A stretch of 64,000 nucleotides of DNA from Camelus ferus. Its lineage: Eukaryota. The DNA is taken from the NCBI RefSeq assembly GCF_009834535.1, contig NC_045697.1, positions 1,180,001 to 1,244,000 on the forward strand. Reading direction: 5' to 3'. Of this stretch, positions 37,965-51,199 are shown piece after piece. Under the pieces are notes generated by a model. The model was not told the origin of the DNA. It did no database searches and saw only the letters and a program-made list of their open reading frames with translations. Both the position numbers and the translations under genes were made by a program. Each line of letters opens with the position of its first letter. The stretch's first letter is position 1.

Positions 37965-40071
37965 CTATAGAGAAAGAGGTCGTTTAATCATTCTAAGAAC
38001 AATGAATAAATTGCTCTTTTCCCTTCTGTAACAAGGTTCTTAAGGTTCAAATCAGTAACTACGGAGTTACCCTCCCCTCAAACCACAGAGCTAAGTACCT
38101 GAGTGATGCTCCGTCATTCCTAAAGAATGTGGAACCTTGGGTAAGAGTGGCCTCCACAAACCCAGGTCCCACACAGCCAACCTCCATGGGGAATGCATCC
38201 CAAACTGCCTGGGAATTTGGATCTCTCAAAGCATGAAGAGCTGAAGGTCGGAACCCTCAGCCCCACACTCCTTGCCTTCTCTTGCCCACTTTTCTCCGCT
38301 CCCGAGCCTTTCTCTGCCCTACGCACCTCTCCCCGACCTGGCCCCTTCCCCACCCTCCTGCCTGGCTGCCTCCCCAGCTCCCAGTCCTGTGATGCGCTGG
38401 CTGCTCAGGGCCTAAGTTCTGTGAATGGAAGGAGGCCTGAGGGAGCCCCTGAGCATACAGTGGGGGTGGGAGGGCGGGAGTGAGGGTGAAGATGCTGGCG
38501 TTCAGGGCAGTCACCCTGCGTGAGAAAATCCTGTGAGACAGCTAGGTGTGAAGGGAGCCCAGGGGCAAGCCTCCCCCACAGGCCCGGGAGGCCACTGCAG
38601 CCCTTAAGTGCTTGCCTTCTCATCTGGAAACCAAGAAGAAAGATTCCTGTAAGTACCCACAGGGCACATATGAAGGTGCTTTTTAAAAATAAAGATGATA
38701 TTTACTAAATACCTGAGAACTGCGGACAAGGAGAGGGAGTTATAAAAGGATAGGGCGGCTGATAGATTAAGAGACAAAGCTGAATCCTAAGATGGCTTTT
38801 GGGAGCTACTTTAACATTCTGAAGTGCGCTGTACAAAACATGGAGTCTGCCTTTACATTCAGCTGCAGCCCTAGATCACGTCCCACTCGATGCTACCCTT
38901 TCCGGCGCCTCTAAATTACACCGGTCTAAGAGATTCACATTCACCAGAGCAGCCACGGCATCGCTCTCCAGGAAGCCCCTGCAGAGGCAGATTTAAAACT
39001 CTTGGAACTTGGGGTGACGGGGTTGGCAGGCACTCTGCCTGCCGCCCTGGTCATCCATCCCGACCGGCATAACTCCTCTGCTACTACTAACTGACCCAAC
39101 CGGGCTACTTCATTCTACTTGCCTTTTCAAAGCTCTAATGCTCCAAAATTAAGGGTTCTAATCAATATATATTTTTGAAAATCCATGGGGAAGGTCTGAC
39201 AGTGCTGGAATGGTCTCGGGGCTGGTCCCTACACACTCTTGTAACTAAAAAACCAAAGCCTTCAGGACAAGCCCCATGCTGGGAGAAAGGCAGTAGCTAG
39301 AAAAGAAAAGTTAAGGAATTGATAGAAATTATGAAAAGTAAAGAAATCAGAATTAGAAATACTTAGAGATTAGCTGACTTAGTAAAAGAGAAACTTAACA
39401 AAGAAATGAAAGAATTCAGGAAAGCAAAGTAAAACAAACAAAAAACATTCTGAAATAAAAACTAAACTGGGAATACACAAAAGCAAGTAAATGCAACAGA
39501 CAATGCCTTAAGTTTCTTTTTTTAAAAGAAGATAGAAGAGAGGAAATTATTTTAAATAAAAAACAAATGAAGAGATTGAAAGCAGATTCTAGATAAAGTG
39601 ATAAATAAGAAAGATGGAGAAACGTCAACATACGAAATCACAAAAACGTTCCAACATCACACAAAAGATAAACAACCACAGATTAAGATACAAATCTGAA
39701 TCCTAAGGTTGCTTACGTGCTTCCTGACAGAAGGCCACACCACCACTCAGAGTCAGGGCCAGGACTCGGGGGCAGTCTTGCCCTCCCAAAGCCTGGCCTG
39801 AATCTGATGGGGCCCCCGGTCTCACTGCCACCAAGAGAAGAGGGAGGACATGTTAAATGACAAGATGGGGAAATCCTGCAGGACAAACAGCCTGATCCAC
39901 CAGCAGTGGTGAAATGCTCGCAAGGAGATACAACAGAGGGGGAGGGTGCACAGAGTGAGCGGCTCAGGAGCTGTGCCACACCCACCCAGCCAAGTGTGGA
40001 ATGGCACCCTTGCTCGCATCTCAATTCAAACAAACTGTAAGAAACAAAACCAAAAATATTTAGAGACAATT

Positions 40072-40185
40072 GGGAGGGCAAGGTAGAGCCCAGTGCTAGA
40101 GCTGTATCTGCTTAGCATGCACAGCATCCTAGGTTCAATCCCCAGCGCCTCCATTAAAAACAAATAAACCTAATTACGTCCCCCG
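40072..40185 (+). mobile_element. Diverged tRNA-derived SINE
   Basis: gcttagcatgcacagcatcctaggttcaatccccag...aaataaacctaattac, same family as 10084. Confidence 0.85.
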
Positions 40186-40435
40186 ACGGCGGAAGTGCAG
40201 ACACTGACTAGATAGCTGATAACACGGGAAGACCGTTGCTGACCCGGGGGAGGTGACAGCACCACCAGAAAAATGGAGCCCTCAGGCTTCAATCATCTAA
40301 TTGACATATTTGCGTAATAACAACAGGAAGCTGGGATTTGCTACAAAATAACCCACGGGATGAAGGCTTGGAAAAGTGGGGAGTTACAGGGGAAAGAAGG
40401 CCAGATGTAAGTTGGTAACTGGTAAAACTGGGCGA

Positions 40436-41194
40436 TGTGTACTCGTGTTTTCCAACACCACCTCTCACACCAAACGTGTGGGTTTTCCCCACCACACACA
40501 CGCCTCCAGTTCTCTGCAGACACCAGCTGGGTGTCCGACAATTCGATTCAGTTCTGACACTTAACTGCCCGGCGTCAGTGCAGACCCTGCAGGGTGAGGC
40601 TCAGCCCCACAGACAGCCTTACCTCGGGCACTAGGCCTGAGTCCCTGGCCTCCTGCACTTCCCGCCAACCAGCTGTAAATCAGGGGTTCTCATCACCCCT
40701 CCTCGGGTTCCATAACAGCTCACAGAACTCAGGAAAGCACCACCTTGCTGACACCTGTTTACTATAAAGGCTACCGCTCTGGAGCAGCCAGCTGGAAGAG
40801 ATGCGGAGGGCGGGGCGTGGGGATGGGGCGGAACTTCCACGCCTTCTCCAGGCAGCCCCACCTCCCAGCACCCTAGAATCCCGCCATTTACAGGGTTTTA
40901 TGGAGGCTTCATTACGTGGGTGTGGTCCATCAGGTCGTTGGCCACCAGTGATTAATTAGCTTGCTCTCAGCCCCTCTCCGCTTCCTGGAGGTCACGGTGG
41001 GGCTGAAAGTGCCAATCCTCTAGTAAGGCCACCTACCGCCTCTTTCTGCTGACTACCCTCACCCTGAAGCTCTCCAGGGGCCCCAGCCATCAGTCCTCTC
41101 ATTAGCTACAAAAGACATTCGTCAGTATGGAGATTACAAGGGTTTTAGGAGCTGCGTGCAGGAATCAGGGACAAAGACCCAATATATATTCACA
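40436..41194 (-). mobile_element. MER21-like LTR
   Basis: TG...CA ends; gacaccagctgggtgtcc, cagctcacagaactcaggaaa and aagggttttaggagct hallmarks. Confidence 0.8.
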
Positions 41195-41763
41195 GGTACT
41201 TTTGTATATGTTGGAAATTTTGTACCAAAAAAAGATTTTTTTCCAACAGCTTATTGCAAATATTTTCAAACATTCAGACAATTTGAAAAGAACTGTACAG
41301 TGAACACTCATATATCCAGCGCTAGAGTCTACAATGAACATTTTTCTACTTTTGTTTTATTACATATCCGTCTAGTAAAAAAGATTATAAAAATCTTCTT
41401 TATAATTTTAAATGAAAGATGAAAATATGTTTTATATTGTTTTGATGTTAACTACTCTGGACTTTAATTCTTAGAAAGTTTATGAGCTATTTGTGGCAGC
41501 AGCAAATCTCAACTGCCCATGCCGCACAAGTTACTTCTTCCCTGTTTTAAAGTACAAAAGTAATATACACTTAAAAAATCCAAATAATCTAAAACACTGA
41601 GGGAAAGTGCCTCCTCGGGCTTAGGGCGTGTGGCCGCACGGGTGGCGCGCTGCAGCCGTGCGACCCAAGTGGTGCAACACGGCAGCCCTCACCGTGCTCC
41701 CATCCCCAAGAGAAACCGCTGTTGGAGAGTTAAATTTGGAGGACTATAAAAACTAAAACTTAC

Positions 41764-41876
41764 CGCACTTCCAACTGTCATCATCACCAAAAACCTGTAG
41801 CACTGTTCTCACAAAGTCTTTAGCATTGAAACAAATAACAGGACGTTTACACTTCAGTGTTTGAAACAGCACCTTC
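41764..41876 (-). CDS. POLN: POLN coding exon 5 (113 nt)
   Basis: [37 protein letters not shown]; acceptor ttccag, donor GTAAGT. Confidence 0.95.
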
Positions 41877-42035
41877 CTGGAAGATGAAAAGACACTCACT
41901 GAGCACAATACTTCACACACTAGTTGGGAACTGTCACCTTGGAAGAGCATTATTACTACTCCACTAACACTTACCGCTGCTTTGTCGACATTCTCCCTCT
42001 GAGAGCTTTCCAGGGATTAACTCAAACCTGTGAGG

Positions 42036-42432
42036 TGTGGATGAAAAATCAAAACGGAGTCTCCACAAGGGCGCCAGGAGGCCATTGAGGAGGTGGCCGG
42101 GATGGAATCTGACCTTTTGACCTGATGGAGAGCATCCAGAACATCTGCCAGAAACCCAGGACAGCCTATCTACTTATCGACCCCCGCCCTATAACAATTC
42201 ACAACTCCTTAAGGACAGAGATTTTCAGACTTGTATCAGAGTCAATCACAATTCTTGCCAGGCAACTTTTAACAATCTTGTGGCTTTTTGTCCTTAAAGT
42301 CCCTGACTCTTTCTCTTCCCTGAAACACTCTTTCAGGGTTACTCAAATTTGTGTCTCCTGAACTGCAATTCTTAACACCCCAAATAACCCCTTTTCCTAT
42401 CTGCAGCCTCCTGCATTACCTCTTGATTGACA
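42036..42432 (+). mobile_element. ERV1-class solo LTR inserted in a MIR
   Basis: TG...CA, 4-bp TSD gagg at 42032-42035 and 42433-42436; MIR continues (catttcacagatgatgaagcttagacacagagag). Confidence 0.85.
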
Positions 42433-42939
42433 GAGGTAGGTATCATTTATCATTTGCATTTCACAGATGATGAAGCTTAGACACAGAGAGGCTAGTAATG
42501 AACTCAAGTTCACACAACTGGTCAGAGCCAATTCCTGGGTTCAGCCCCATTACCGACAAAGACCCAAACTCATAAGCAGAGCTGACACACTCTGGGCTCC
42601 TCACAGCTGGCCTCAGCCTGTGCTCCAGCACACCCTCCCAAGAGTCTACCCTCTGTTCACACTGAGTTCACCTTCCTCCATCACAGGGCTATGCCATGTT
42701 ATCTCTCACTCTGGGGCCACAGCACATGCTGCATTCTTGCCTAAAATTCTACCCCCACAATTTCTGAAAACTGCTCAAGTGCTATTGTCAAGGGGCCTGC
42801 CCTGATTCCCCAGGCAGGGAGTTGCCCCATCCTCTATGTTCCTTTAATATTCCTGTCCCCACATTGCCACAGCTGGGACCACATCTACTATGCTAGTTTA
42901 CTTTGGCCCCGTTACATCATGAGCTCCTTGAATATGGGA

Positions 42940-43160
42940 TTAACAATAGTTGATATTTATTGAATACTTACCGTGTGCAGGTACCATGCTAAACACTGCA
43001 CAGGGACTGCTGCATTGAAACCTCATCGTAATTGCATTAGGCAGGCATTGGACCCATTTTACAGACAAGGAAAACTGAGGCTTGGAGGGTAAAACAATTT
43101 TCCCTGCCTCACACAGCTGGTAAGTGGCAAAGCTGAGGTCTGAGACCCTATCTTGCTGCT
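42940..43160 (-). mobile_element. MIR SINE
   Basis: cccattttacagacaaggaaaactgaggcttggaggg...cacacagctggtaagtggc core. Confidence 0.85.
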
Positions 43161-43204
43161 GCCAGGGCCCAGGATATAAATCTCCTTTTTTGGTAACTGC
43201 TTAT

Positions 43205-44334
43205 TGATATATTAATGAGGGTCTTTGAATAAGGCTGAGGAAGAAGGAAACCAGGAGCCAAATGAGCTCTGTCTGCTCCACAGACAGACGTTCTGAACTG
43301 TTGTGCACTTTCACCTTGGTTTCCCTTGAAGAGGGCCAACTCCCGACAGCACAGCTTCCGGTCTTGGCTCCACTGGACCTGGGGGCGAGCAGGAGGACAA
43401 GGGCAGGGGAGCTCATGAGGGAGAAGAGCTGGAGCAACGGGGCGCCACCCCGCGCTGACGCTCCCGTGTGCGGCAGACTCGGAGTCCTCAGTGAAGCCGG
43501 CCAACAGCCGTGAGCTCTCCCACGGAGCCATGCAGCCGGGCTGATTTCTATCTTAAGACAAACAAGACACGGATCATGTAAGACAAAACGGCTAAACACG
43601 GCGTGTTCTCTGGGTCAGTTTCAAAGTTGATTACGCCGCATCTGCAGGACACAGGGCACAGGGGAGACGGGAGCTGCAGTGACCACCAGACGTCCACGAG
43701 GAGAGTGTCGAGTAGACTCACAGATCCAGAGTGCGGAAAGGCCATCCGGTACCAGGGCCCTTCTCTCACAAGAGTCTCCATAGAACAGACCTGCCTAATT
43801 GTTCTTTCAAAAGAAAATACGTAAAAAAGTTCTGGGTTCTTGGGACCAGAGTGCTGTATTTCTCAAACGTCCCATTCTCACCAGAAATTACTGTGGTGCA
43901 CACACCTGACGTTAAGCTTTGACGGCTGAGGCATCATTTCAAAACATGTCCTTCTTGAACAGGCGTGTTGCCAGCTGTGGGCAAAACAAGCAGCTGAAGA
44001 GCCAGATGAAGGTCCCTCTTTCAGAAAGCCCAGAGCAACCTAGAATACTGACCAGTGAGCGACTGCTTCTCAATCTTCCTTATGCTTTAAGTCAGCCAAG
44101 AAAGAGTGAATCCTCAAAACCCTAGACACCCCACCCTCAAACCCTAAGAGAAGCAGAGCCCTAGGCCCATCTCTCTCTCTCCCCCCCACCACAACCTCTC
44201 TGTGTGGCCCTGGGCATGCTGTGTACCCTCCAGGATTTGTGAGTGATAAATCTTGTTCCTAAAAGTTCCCCCATGGTTTTTGCTGAAGTGTGTCCTGTGA
44301 TCGTAATAAGAACCACAAGAGCTGGTCCAGCCAC
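43205..44334 (+). mobile_element. ERVL-type LTR remnant(s) (MER74/MER73-like), boundaries uncertain
   Basis: 3' part tgtgtggccctgggcatgctgtgtaccctccagg...gtgagtgataaatctt; the interior may be composite. Confidence 0.45.
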
Positions 44335-45242
44335 AGGGCTGGCCTCTATGGGGGAAACACCTGTGGGAGGTGAGGGCTTGTACGAGTGCTACAGGCCGGA
44401 CAAGCGCCTCAGGCGTTCCTCGCCAAGACAGCATCTCTGCTGGTAGCCTGGAACCTACACCATTACCCAAAACTCACCCCGGGCCCTGTGAGGCTGCACT
44501 GGCAGGCAGGGCCAGGCCCAGGCCCCTACCTTCTCACCCTGAGCCTCCTCAAACCCTTCTTCAGGGCAGCGGCTTCGAGGAGCTCCCTCCAGGCAGCTAG
44601 TGGACTTGAACTCAGAGGGCTGGGCAAACAGGAGGTGGATGCCCCCACCCAAAGCAGAGAGCTGAGTCAGGGTGGCAATACAAGCAAAGACGAGTGGCAC
44701 AGGCTGCAACCCACGAGGGACTTGCCAGGACTGAGAAGGAGCAGCAGAGCATCCCCGCCTGCTCTGAAATTCTACGGCTGCGAGAAGGCAAGCACAAGCG
44801 AGCCAGTTCTCATCCATTCTCACAGAATGAAGCTTTGAGATCAGTAGTATCTTGGTACTGAGGACCATTTACTGTTTGAAGCCAGTGGCAACGACTTTCC
44901 AACGCTGTGAGTGAGTGGATGGTGTGGTGAGGACACCAGCCGGTACTCTGGCAGCAACGATGGGTTTTCAGGCTTTAAGATGACCCTTTCCTACCAACTT
45001 CTCATTTAGATGTTGATTCAAATCCTGGAGCAGGCTCCATGGATGGACCCTCTATTCCAGAAACTCTCTGAAGGAGGGAGGGCCAGTGTTTGCAGAGGTT
45101 CCTGTCATTTAGGTCCATTTTATTTTCATGAGCTCATACAAAACTTGTACAAGTTTAACTAAACTTGGACCTTGAGAAACTCTAAATTAGGATAACGCAG
45201 GCACATAAGTAGCAGTTAAGGTAACGTGTAAGGACTTCTTAC

Positions 45243-45436
45243 CTGGCAAACTGATGGTGTGCCTCTTGTTCTGGGCCCCAAACACAGGAGTGCTCAGTTT
45301 TTATGTAGATGCACTGGTCACTGCGTGTGAAGCCCTCCTCCAGGACACTGTCTGAGGCCGGTGGGGGAGCCCGGCCCTCCCCCGTGGGGCTCTGCAGTAA
45401 CATCATCACGACACCTTTAACAGAGGAACCCAGAGC
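45243..45436 (-). CDS. POLN: POLN coding exon 4 (194 nt)
   Basis: ALGSSVKGVVMMLL...DQCIYIKTEHSCVWGPEQEAHHQFA(R); acceptor cacag, donor GTAAG. Confidence 0.94.
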
Positions 45437-45929
45437 CTGTGGATACACAATCAAACAAAGCTGCAAAATCAAACATAAACAGTGTATTTATTCAAGAAAG
45501 GTATGTCATGTTTTAAAATTTAGCAGGAAGAAAAGGCCTAATATTAAAATTTGTAAACAGCTCTGTTAATGACCATCAAAGGCATAAGCAAACCCACAAC
45601 CCACTCTCCAAACTGTTCTCCTCCCTCTTCACCATCACAGTGGGAATCTCAGCCAGTGCAGCACAGCAGGAAGAAGAAATGCAAGGCATACAAATCAGAA
45701 AGGAGGAAATATACCCTCTCTACTTACAGATGACATAAATGTCTGTGTAGAAAACCCAAAAGAATCTACAAAATGAAAACAAAAAACAACAAAAAAAAAA
45801 CCTCCTGGAACTAATATGTGATTTTAGCAAGGTTGCAGGATACAAGGTCAAAACACAAAAATCAACTGTATCTTTACACACTAACAATGAATATGTGAAG
45901 ATAAACTTTTTTTAAAAAAGAAATTACCA

Positions 45930-46065
45930 GGGAGCAGGGAAGAGGGTATAGCTCAGTGGTAAGCATGTGCTTAGCATGTACAAGGTCCTGGGTTCAATCC
46001 CTGGTACCTCTACCAAAAATAACCAAATAAACCTAATTACCTGCCCCTCAAATAAACATAAAAAA
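45930..46065 (+). mobile_element. tRNA-derived SINE
   Basis: TSD aaattacca at 45921-45929 and 46066-46074; A and B boxes; A-tail. Confidence 0.9.
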
Positions 46066-46662
46066 AAATTACCATTTATAATAACTACTCCCCAAAATGA
46101 AATACTTAGATAGAAATCAGTAAAACATACACTGGATCCATATACTGAAAACTATAAAATACTGATGAAAGAAAACAGAGAAGACTAAATAACAGAAACA
46201 TGCCATGTTTAAGGACAATAAAACTCAAAATAATGTCAATTCTCCCAAACTAAGCTGTAGAATCAAGATGATCAATAAACTCCAAGTGCAAGAAACATGA
46301 AGAAAATGACACCAAATTACATCATAGTCAAATTGCTTGAAACCAGTGATAAAGAGAAGATCTTAAAGGAAGCTGGGGCGGGGTTGAGGGGGATGGGACA
46401 CATTTCCTAGGTAGAAATAAACATAAGGATGACAGGTTTCCTGTGGGACGTAAAGCAAGCTAGACGACAGCAACGTAACATTTTTACTTAAAAGCTGTCA
46501 ACTCACAGTTCACACCCAGCAACAACAATGAAAGGTAAAGCAAGATGTATACACTACGTCGAAAATTACAAAGCATTACTAAAGAAATCGAAATTTTAAA
46601 TAAATGGAAGGACACCCCCCTTTCATGGATCAGAAAATTCAGTACCGTCAAGACGGCGAAAC

Positions 46663-47127
46663 TGAGACAGGCCAGGACCCAGGGCCCTTTACTAGAGTGC
46701 TTACACCTAGACAAACGTCTCCCTGAGCAACAGGATACAAAGAAGCTACAGGCGACTGCAAATAACCACACATGCAGAAGTTGGAGCAGTTATGAGCAAC
46801 AGGATACAAAAAGGCCACAAACAAATTGCTGTTTCTGAGGTACGGGAAGCAAAAGCAGGATACTAGGGTGATTCTTGCACATGGCACTACCAAGGGGTGG
46901 ACAGACCACCTAAGCCACGCCTCCTGTCCACCCACGGATCTGCCCCCGTTGTCACCCCATTTTAAGAACCCAAGCAGCTCCTCGCGGGAAGCAGGCAAGG
47001 GTGCTTGTTCCTGCTTTCACTCCCCTGTGCAGTAGCATGAACCCCAGTAGAGCCGTGCCTGAGATTCTTATCTGGCCTCTCATCAATTTCTGTTGATTAA
47101 AGAGTCCAGAGGCCCCAGCTGGTAACA
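46663..47127 (+). mobile_element. ERV1-class solo LTR (465 bp) inserted in L1
   Basis: TG...CA, TSD aaac at 46659-46662 and 47128-47131; internal direct repeat tgagcaacaggatacaaa. Confidence 0.88.
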
Positions 47128-48264
47128 AAACTGCCAAAATTAATCTATAGATTTATATTAAAACCTGAGCTGAATGTTTGAACAAACTGACAAATTGATC
47201 CCAAAATTTATATTGAAATGCAAAGAAACCAGAATACCTGAAACAATCTTGAAAAAAGTCAGTTAAGACTCACACTTCCCAATTTCAAAACTTACTATAA
47301 AACTAAAGTAATCAAGACAGTGTGGTACTGGCATACGGAGAGATATATAAATCAGTGGAAAGAACTGAATGTTCAGAAATAAACTCTTACATTTTGAGTC
47401 TACTGAGTTTCTATAAAAGTACCCCAAAAAACTCATGGGGAAAGAAGAGTCTTTTCGATCAGTAGTGCGGGAAATCTAGGTATCAACATGCAAGAGGGTA
47501 GATTTGTGCCTTCATCTCACAGCCCTCAAAATGGATCACGGGCTTAAACGTAAGACTGTAAACTCTTAGAAGAAAATACTTCATGACTCAAGATAGGCAA
47601 AGCATTCTTAAATATAACACTAAACACACAAGCAATCAAAGAGGTACTGGATAAACTGGAGTTCATCAAATTAAAATAAGTTTGTGCTTCAAAAGGTATC
47701 ACCTAGAAAGTGATAAAAACAAGTCACATATTTGGAGAACTGCAAATCATATATCCGACCAGAGACTTTTATCAGAATATATAAAGAGTTCCTACAGATC
47801 CAAAATAAAACTCAAATAACCCAGTTTTAAAATGAGCAAAAGATCTGAACTGACACTTCACAAATGGCCAATAAGCACATGAAAAGATGCCCAAAGTCAT
47901 CAGTTATGAGGGAAATGCAATTTAAAACCTCAATGAAATGCGACTTCACACCTACTGTAACGGCTAAACTAAGGAAGATGGACAACAGCAAGTACTGACA
48001 GGGAGGTGGGGAATCTGGACCCCTCATACACTGCTGGTAGAAGGTAAAATGGTGTAAGTACTCTGGAAACATGTGGCAGCGTCTTAATAATCTATTGAGA
48101 ACTATGCATTATCAGTCACTCACCACGGTGGGTGCAGGGCAGAGGAAGAAGGTGGCTTCAAAATCTTATTTCTAGCTCTCCTAGCAAAATTAGACACTAA
48201 GAAAATGAGTTTCTTTTATGGTGACAAAAAACGAAACAAACAAAAATCAACACTGTGTACTAAC

Positions 48265-48768
48265 CTGGTCAGCTCTTAGCGGGGTTGAGCCATCCTTATA
48301 CAACAGAGTTACCACCAGGGCTACTGCCTGTTTGAGCATCTCGGTCAGCTGGCTTTTCTCCAAAGCATCTAAACATCTAATATCACAAAAATGGTGTCTG
48401 AAGGCTTTTGAGTTCCCAGAATTTAGGTAGGTTTCAGCCTCACCAGCATTTTCTTCCAAAGCCATAAGTTTACTTGTTTTCTCTGATGAATTACTACATG
48501 TGATGTGTTTTCTTTTAAGATTCATGTTTTCTTTATCTTTTTCATTATTTATATTTTCCTTTGGTAAATGTTTTCTTTTATATTCCATTTTCTGTAGAAC
48601 TGAAGCCTCTTGGTCACACTGAGGAACTGAACACCGAGAAGGAGCCAACGAGCTGATATATTTCTGGTTTTGATCAGTAGACAGTTGATCTGTGAGTCTG
48701 GTATTGGAGGACTGAGGAGAGAACTTGATGGGAACTCCTGACTTCTGGCTTGTAAAAGAATTAAGATT
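48265..48768 (-). CDS. POLN: POLN coding exon 3 (504 nt)
   Basis: NLNSFTSQKS...QEASVLQKMEYKRKH...HFCDIRCLDALEKSQLTEMLKQAVALVVTLLYKDGSTPLRADQ; open frame, AG/GT boundaries; overlaps ORF 48247-48648. Confidence 0.95.
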
Positions 48769-50587
48769 CTATATAAAAAAAAGGAAAATATTTCACTGGA
48801 ATATGGATTCATAAGACAGACTATAAATCTAACTAATATCTGGTAAAACTCATCTAAGGAAAAGCTGGGAACACAGCTTCATTCACATTATCTATGATCA
48901 AACTTTCTAATGAACTACAGGGTGTCTTCCAGAGCTGTGATTTTTCTCAGCCCAGGTAGGAGTGCATATCTGAGTCATGGGCTGGAACAGGCAGGAGTTT
49001 AGAGCATGTCCAGCCACAGCCCTGTGCTGGGACCATGCATGAGAGGAGATGCTCCGCAGGAGTGTGCTGAGGTGTACAGAGTGTGGAGGTGAGTGACTGA
49101 CAACTTCCAGCAAAGGCCATTTCCAGAGGAAGTGAAATCACCACAACTATTTGATAATATGTTAATCTATCTACTACATTTTTTTAAAAAGTACAGCTCA
49201 GCAGCAATCCTCCTCCTGTTTTGATCTAGCAATGTACAATATTCATTCATAGATTCACAAACTGAAGGGAAAAAGCATTTCTGTTTCTTTATAGGATTCA
49301 TTTACAATTCAACTTTATTTTTAATGTTTTTTTTTCAGAATTTATGGTATATTTATGCTGTTCTGAACAAGTATATACCAATGGTACTTAATTTTGAAAG
49401 ACAAAATTTTAACACTTGGTTACAGAAAATTTAAATTTATCCTTATTTTTATTGCAGATAAATATTAGATGATTTTCAAGAGAAGACTTCCAAACATGAG
49501 ATTACATCACATTAAAAATTCTGTGGAGTATAGAGGTGCCAAGAAGAAAAAGGAAAATATACAAAATCAAATTGTTGAAGAATATCTTGCTCATGTATTT
49601 TTCACAGGGATGATTATGGATATCAAGTTATCGGAGTAGAGTATTTAGATTTTAGTGGACATATTTTAAACACTGATATAACAGGTTTTAATATGTCAAT
49701 ATTATTAATACACCAGAAATCATATCCTTTGAAACTTTTAAACTTGTGATAAGTATTTTAAATGTCAACTTAAAAATGTACCAAGAGATACATGGCTTCT
49801 CAAAATTCTTCTGTGAGAAAGGGAGCAAAAAGATTTGAAGACCTCTGCCTTAGGGATCCCAGGAGCACAGTCTGAACACCACTTAGAGAGAGAATTTCTA
49901 CTCACTTACAAAGGGCTGCGTGGTCCCTTCTGTCAAAGATGCCTCTCCCTCCACTGCAGGGGCAAATAGCAATCCAAGGACTTACTACAGGGAGTTTAGA
50001 TTAAGTTAGATTGGGACTTGAACACAGGTAGGCTGCTCCAGAGTCCACTCTCCTGACCACTGTGCCGCCTCCACCACTGCTTCCTCTGTAAGGTCCTTGG
50101 TAATGTGACCTGTTCTTCTCTCCATCCCCAAGCCCAAACCACATAACTCATCACTGTCACCTTTATACCCCTTCCTTTCTGAACCTCTCTTTATTTCCAC
50201 TACCCCAAAGTTCCAAGCTCTCTTCCTTTAACCTAAACATTTTTCAAAGTCCTTCCCCTACTCTCTGAAGGTGAGAACCTTTCAACGGACAACAGAATGG
50301 AACAGCACACAAACTGGGTACTCTGTCTCTCCTATCGTCCCCAAAGCACTCGGAAGTGACTTCTGCCAGGACACAAACACATCGCCTACAGAGGTACTGT
50401 ACTCCTCTGTCTTTCCCTCCCCTCCCCTTCATATGAATTAAACTAAAAACTCCTGGAGAGCAAGAACTCCTCTTTTTTTTTTAACCATTGCATCCACAGT
50501 GCCTAGCATATAGTAGCCACTTAATAAGTATTTGTTAAGTGAGTGAAAGTTATCTGTTTAGAATTACTCGTATTTGCAATGATTTAC

Positions 50588-50667
50588 CATTTTCCCCAGT
50601 GATTGATTCTTCCCGTCTTCATGGAGTACTGAATACTTCATATTGGATTTGTTTACCACTTCTGCAG
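50588..50667 (-). CDS. POLN: POLN coding exon 2 (80 nt)
   Basis: (T)AEVVNKSNMKYSVLHEDGKNQSLGKM; AG/GT boundaries; phase 1 to 0 fits the neighbouring exons. Confidence 0.9.
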
Positions 50668-51199
50668 CTTTAAAAAACACAAAAAGGCAACATGAGGCAA
50701 GAAATAAAGAAACATTGAAATCTAAGTCATACAATTAGCTAAACATTGAAAATAGCCTTCTACTATCATGCTATTTACTCATTATTTACTAATTAAAACA
50801 ATGTAATAAAATTTATGACCAAAATGCAAACTACCATTGCAATAAGCATTGATGTACAGTATTGTCAAATTAACTGGAGACAGAGCTATGTAGTCATGAG
50901 ATGCTTGTTAAAAAGTATGACTTGGTATTTGTATTTGAGTACTTGATTCTGAAAACCCAAGTTCAACAGTTTACAGAAACCTTTTAAGTATTAAAGTTTT
51001 GAGGAAATTCTTAGACTGAATAACACTGCAATGGAACAATTAGAGACTCAATAAAACATCACTAATACACACTTCTGATTTAACTTGTTTTAATTTTAAT
51101 AATCCTGGGCTGAACAGTTAGTGACAGAACCTGGATTCAACCTCAGACAACAGGACTCGAGTCTGCACTCGTGACTTCTGCGGTGCACGTTCCCTCTAT

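Larger units (their letters stand above)
45545..48090 (+). mobile_element. L1 ORF2 fragments interrupted by a SINE and an LTR
   Basis: cttacagatgacat, ttagcaaggttgcaggatacaagg, gtaatcaagacagtgtggtactggcat motifs. Confidence 0.85.
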
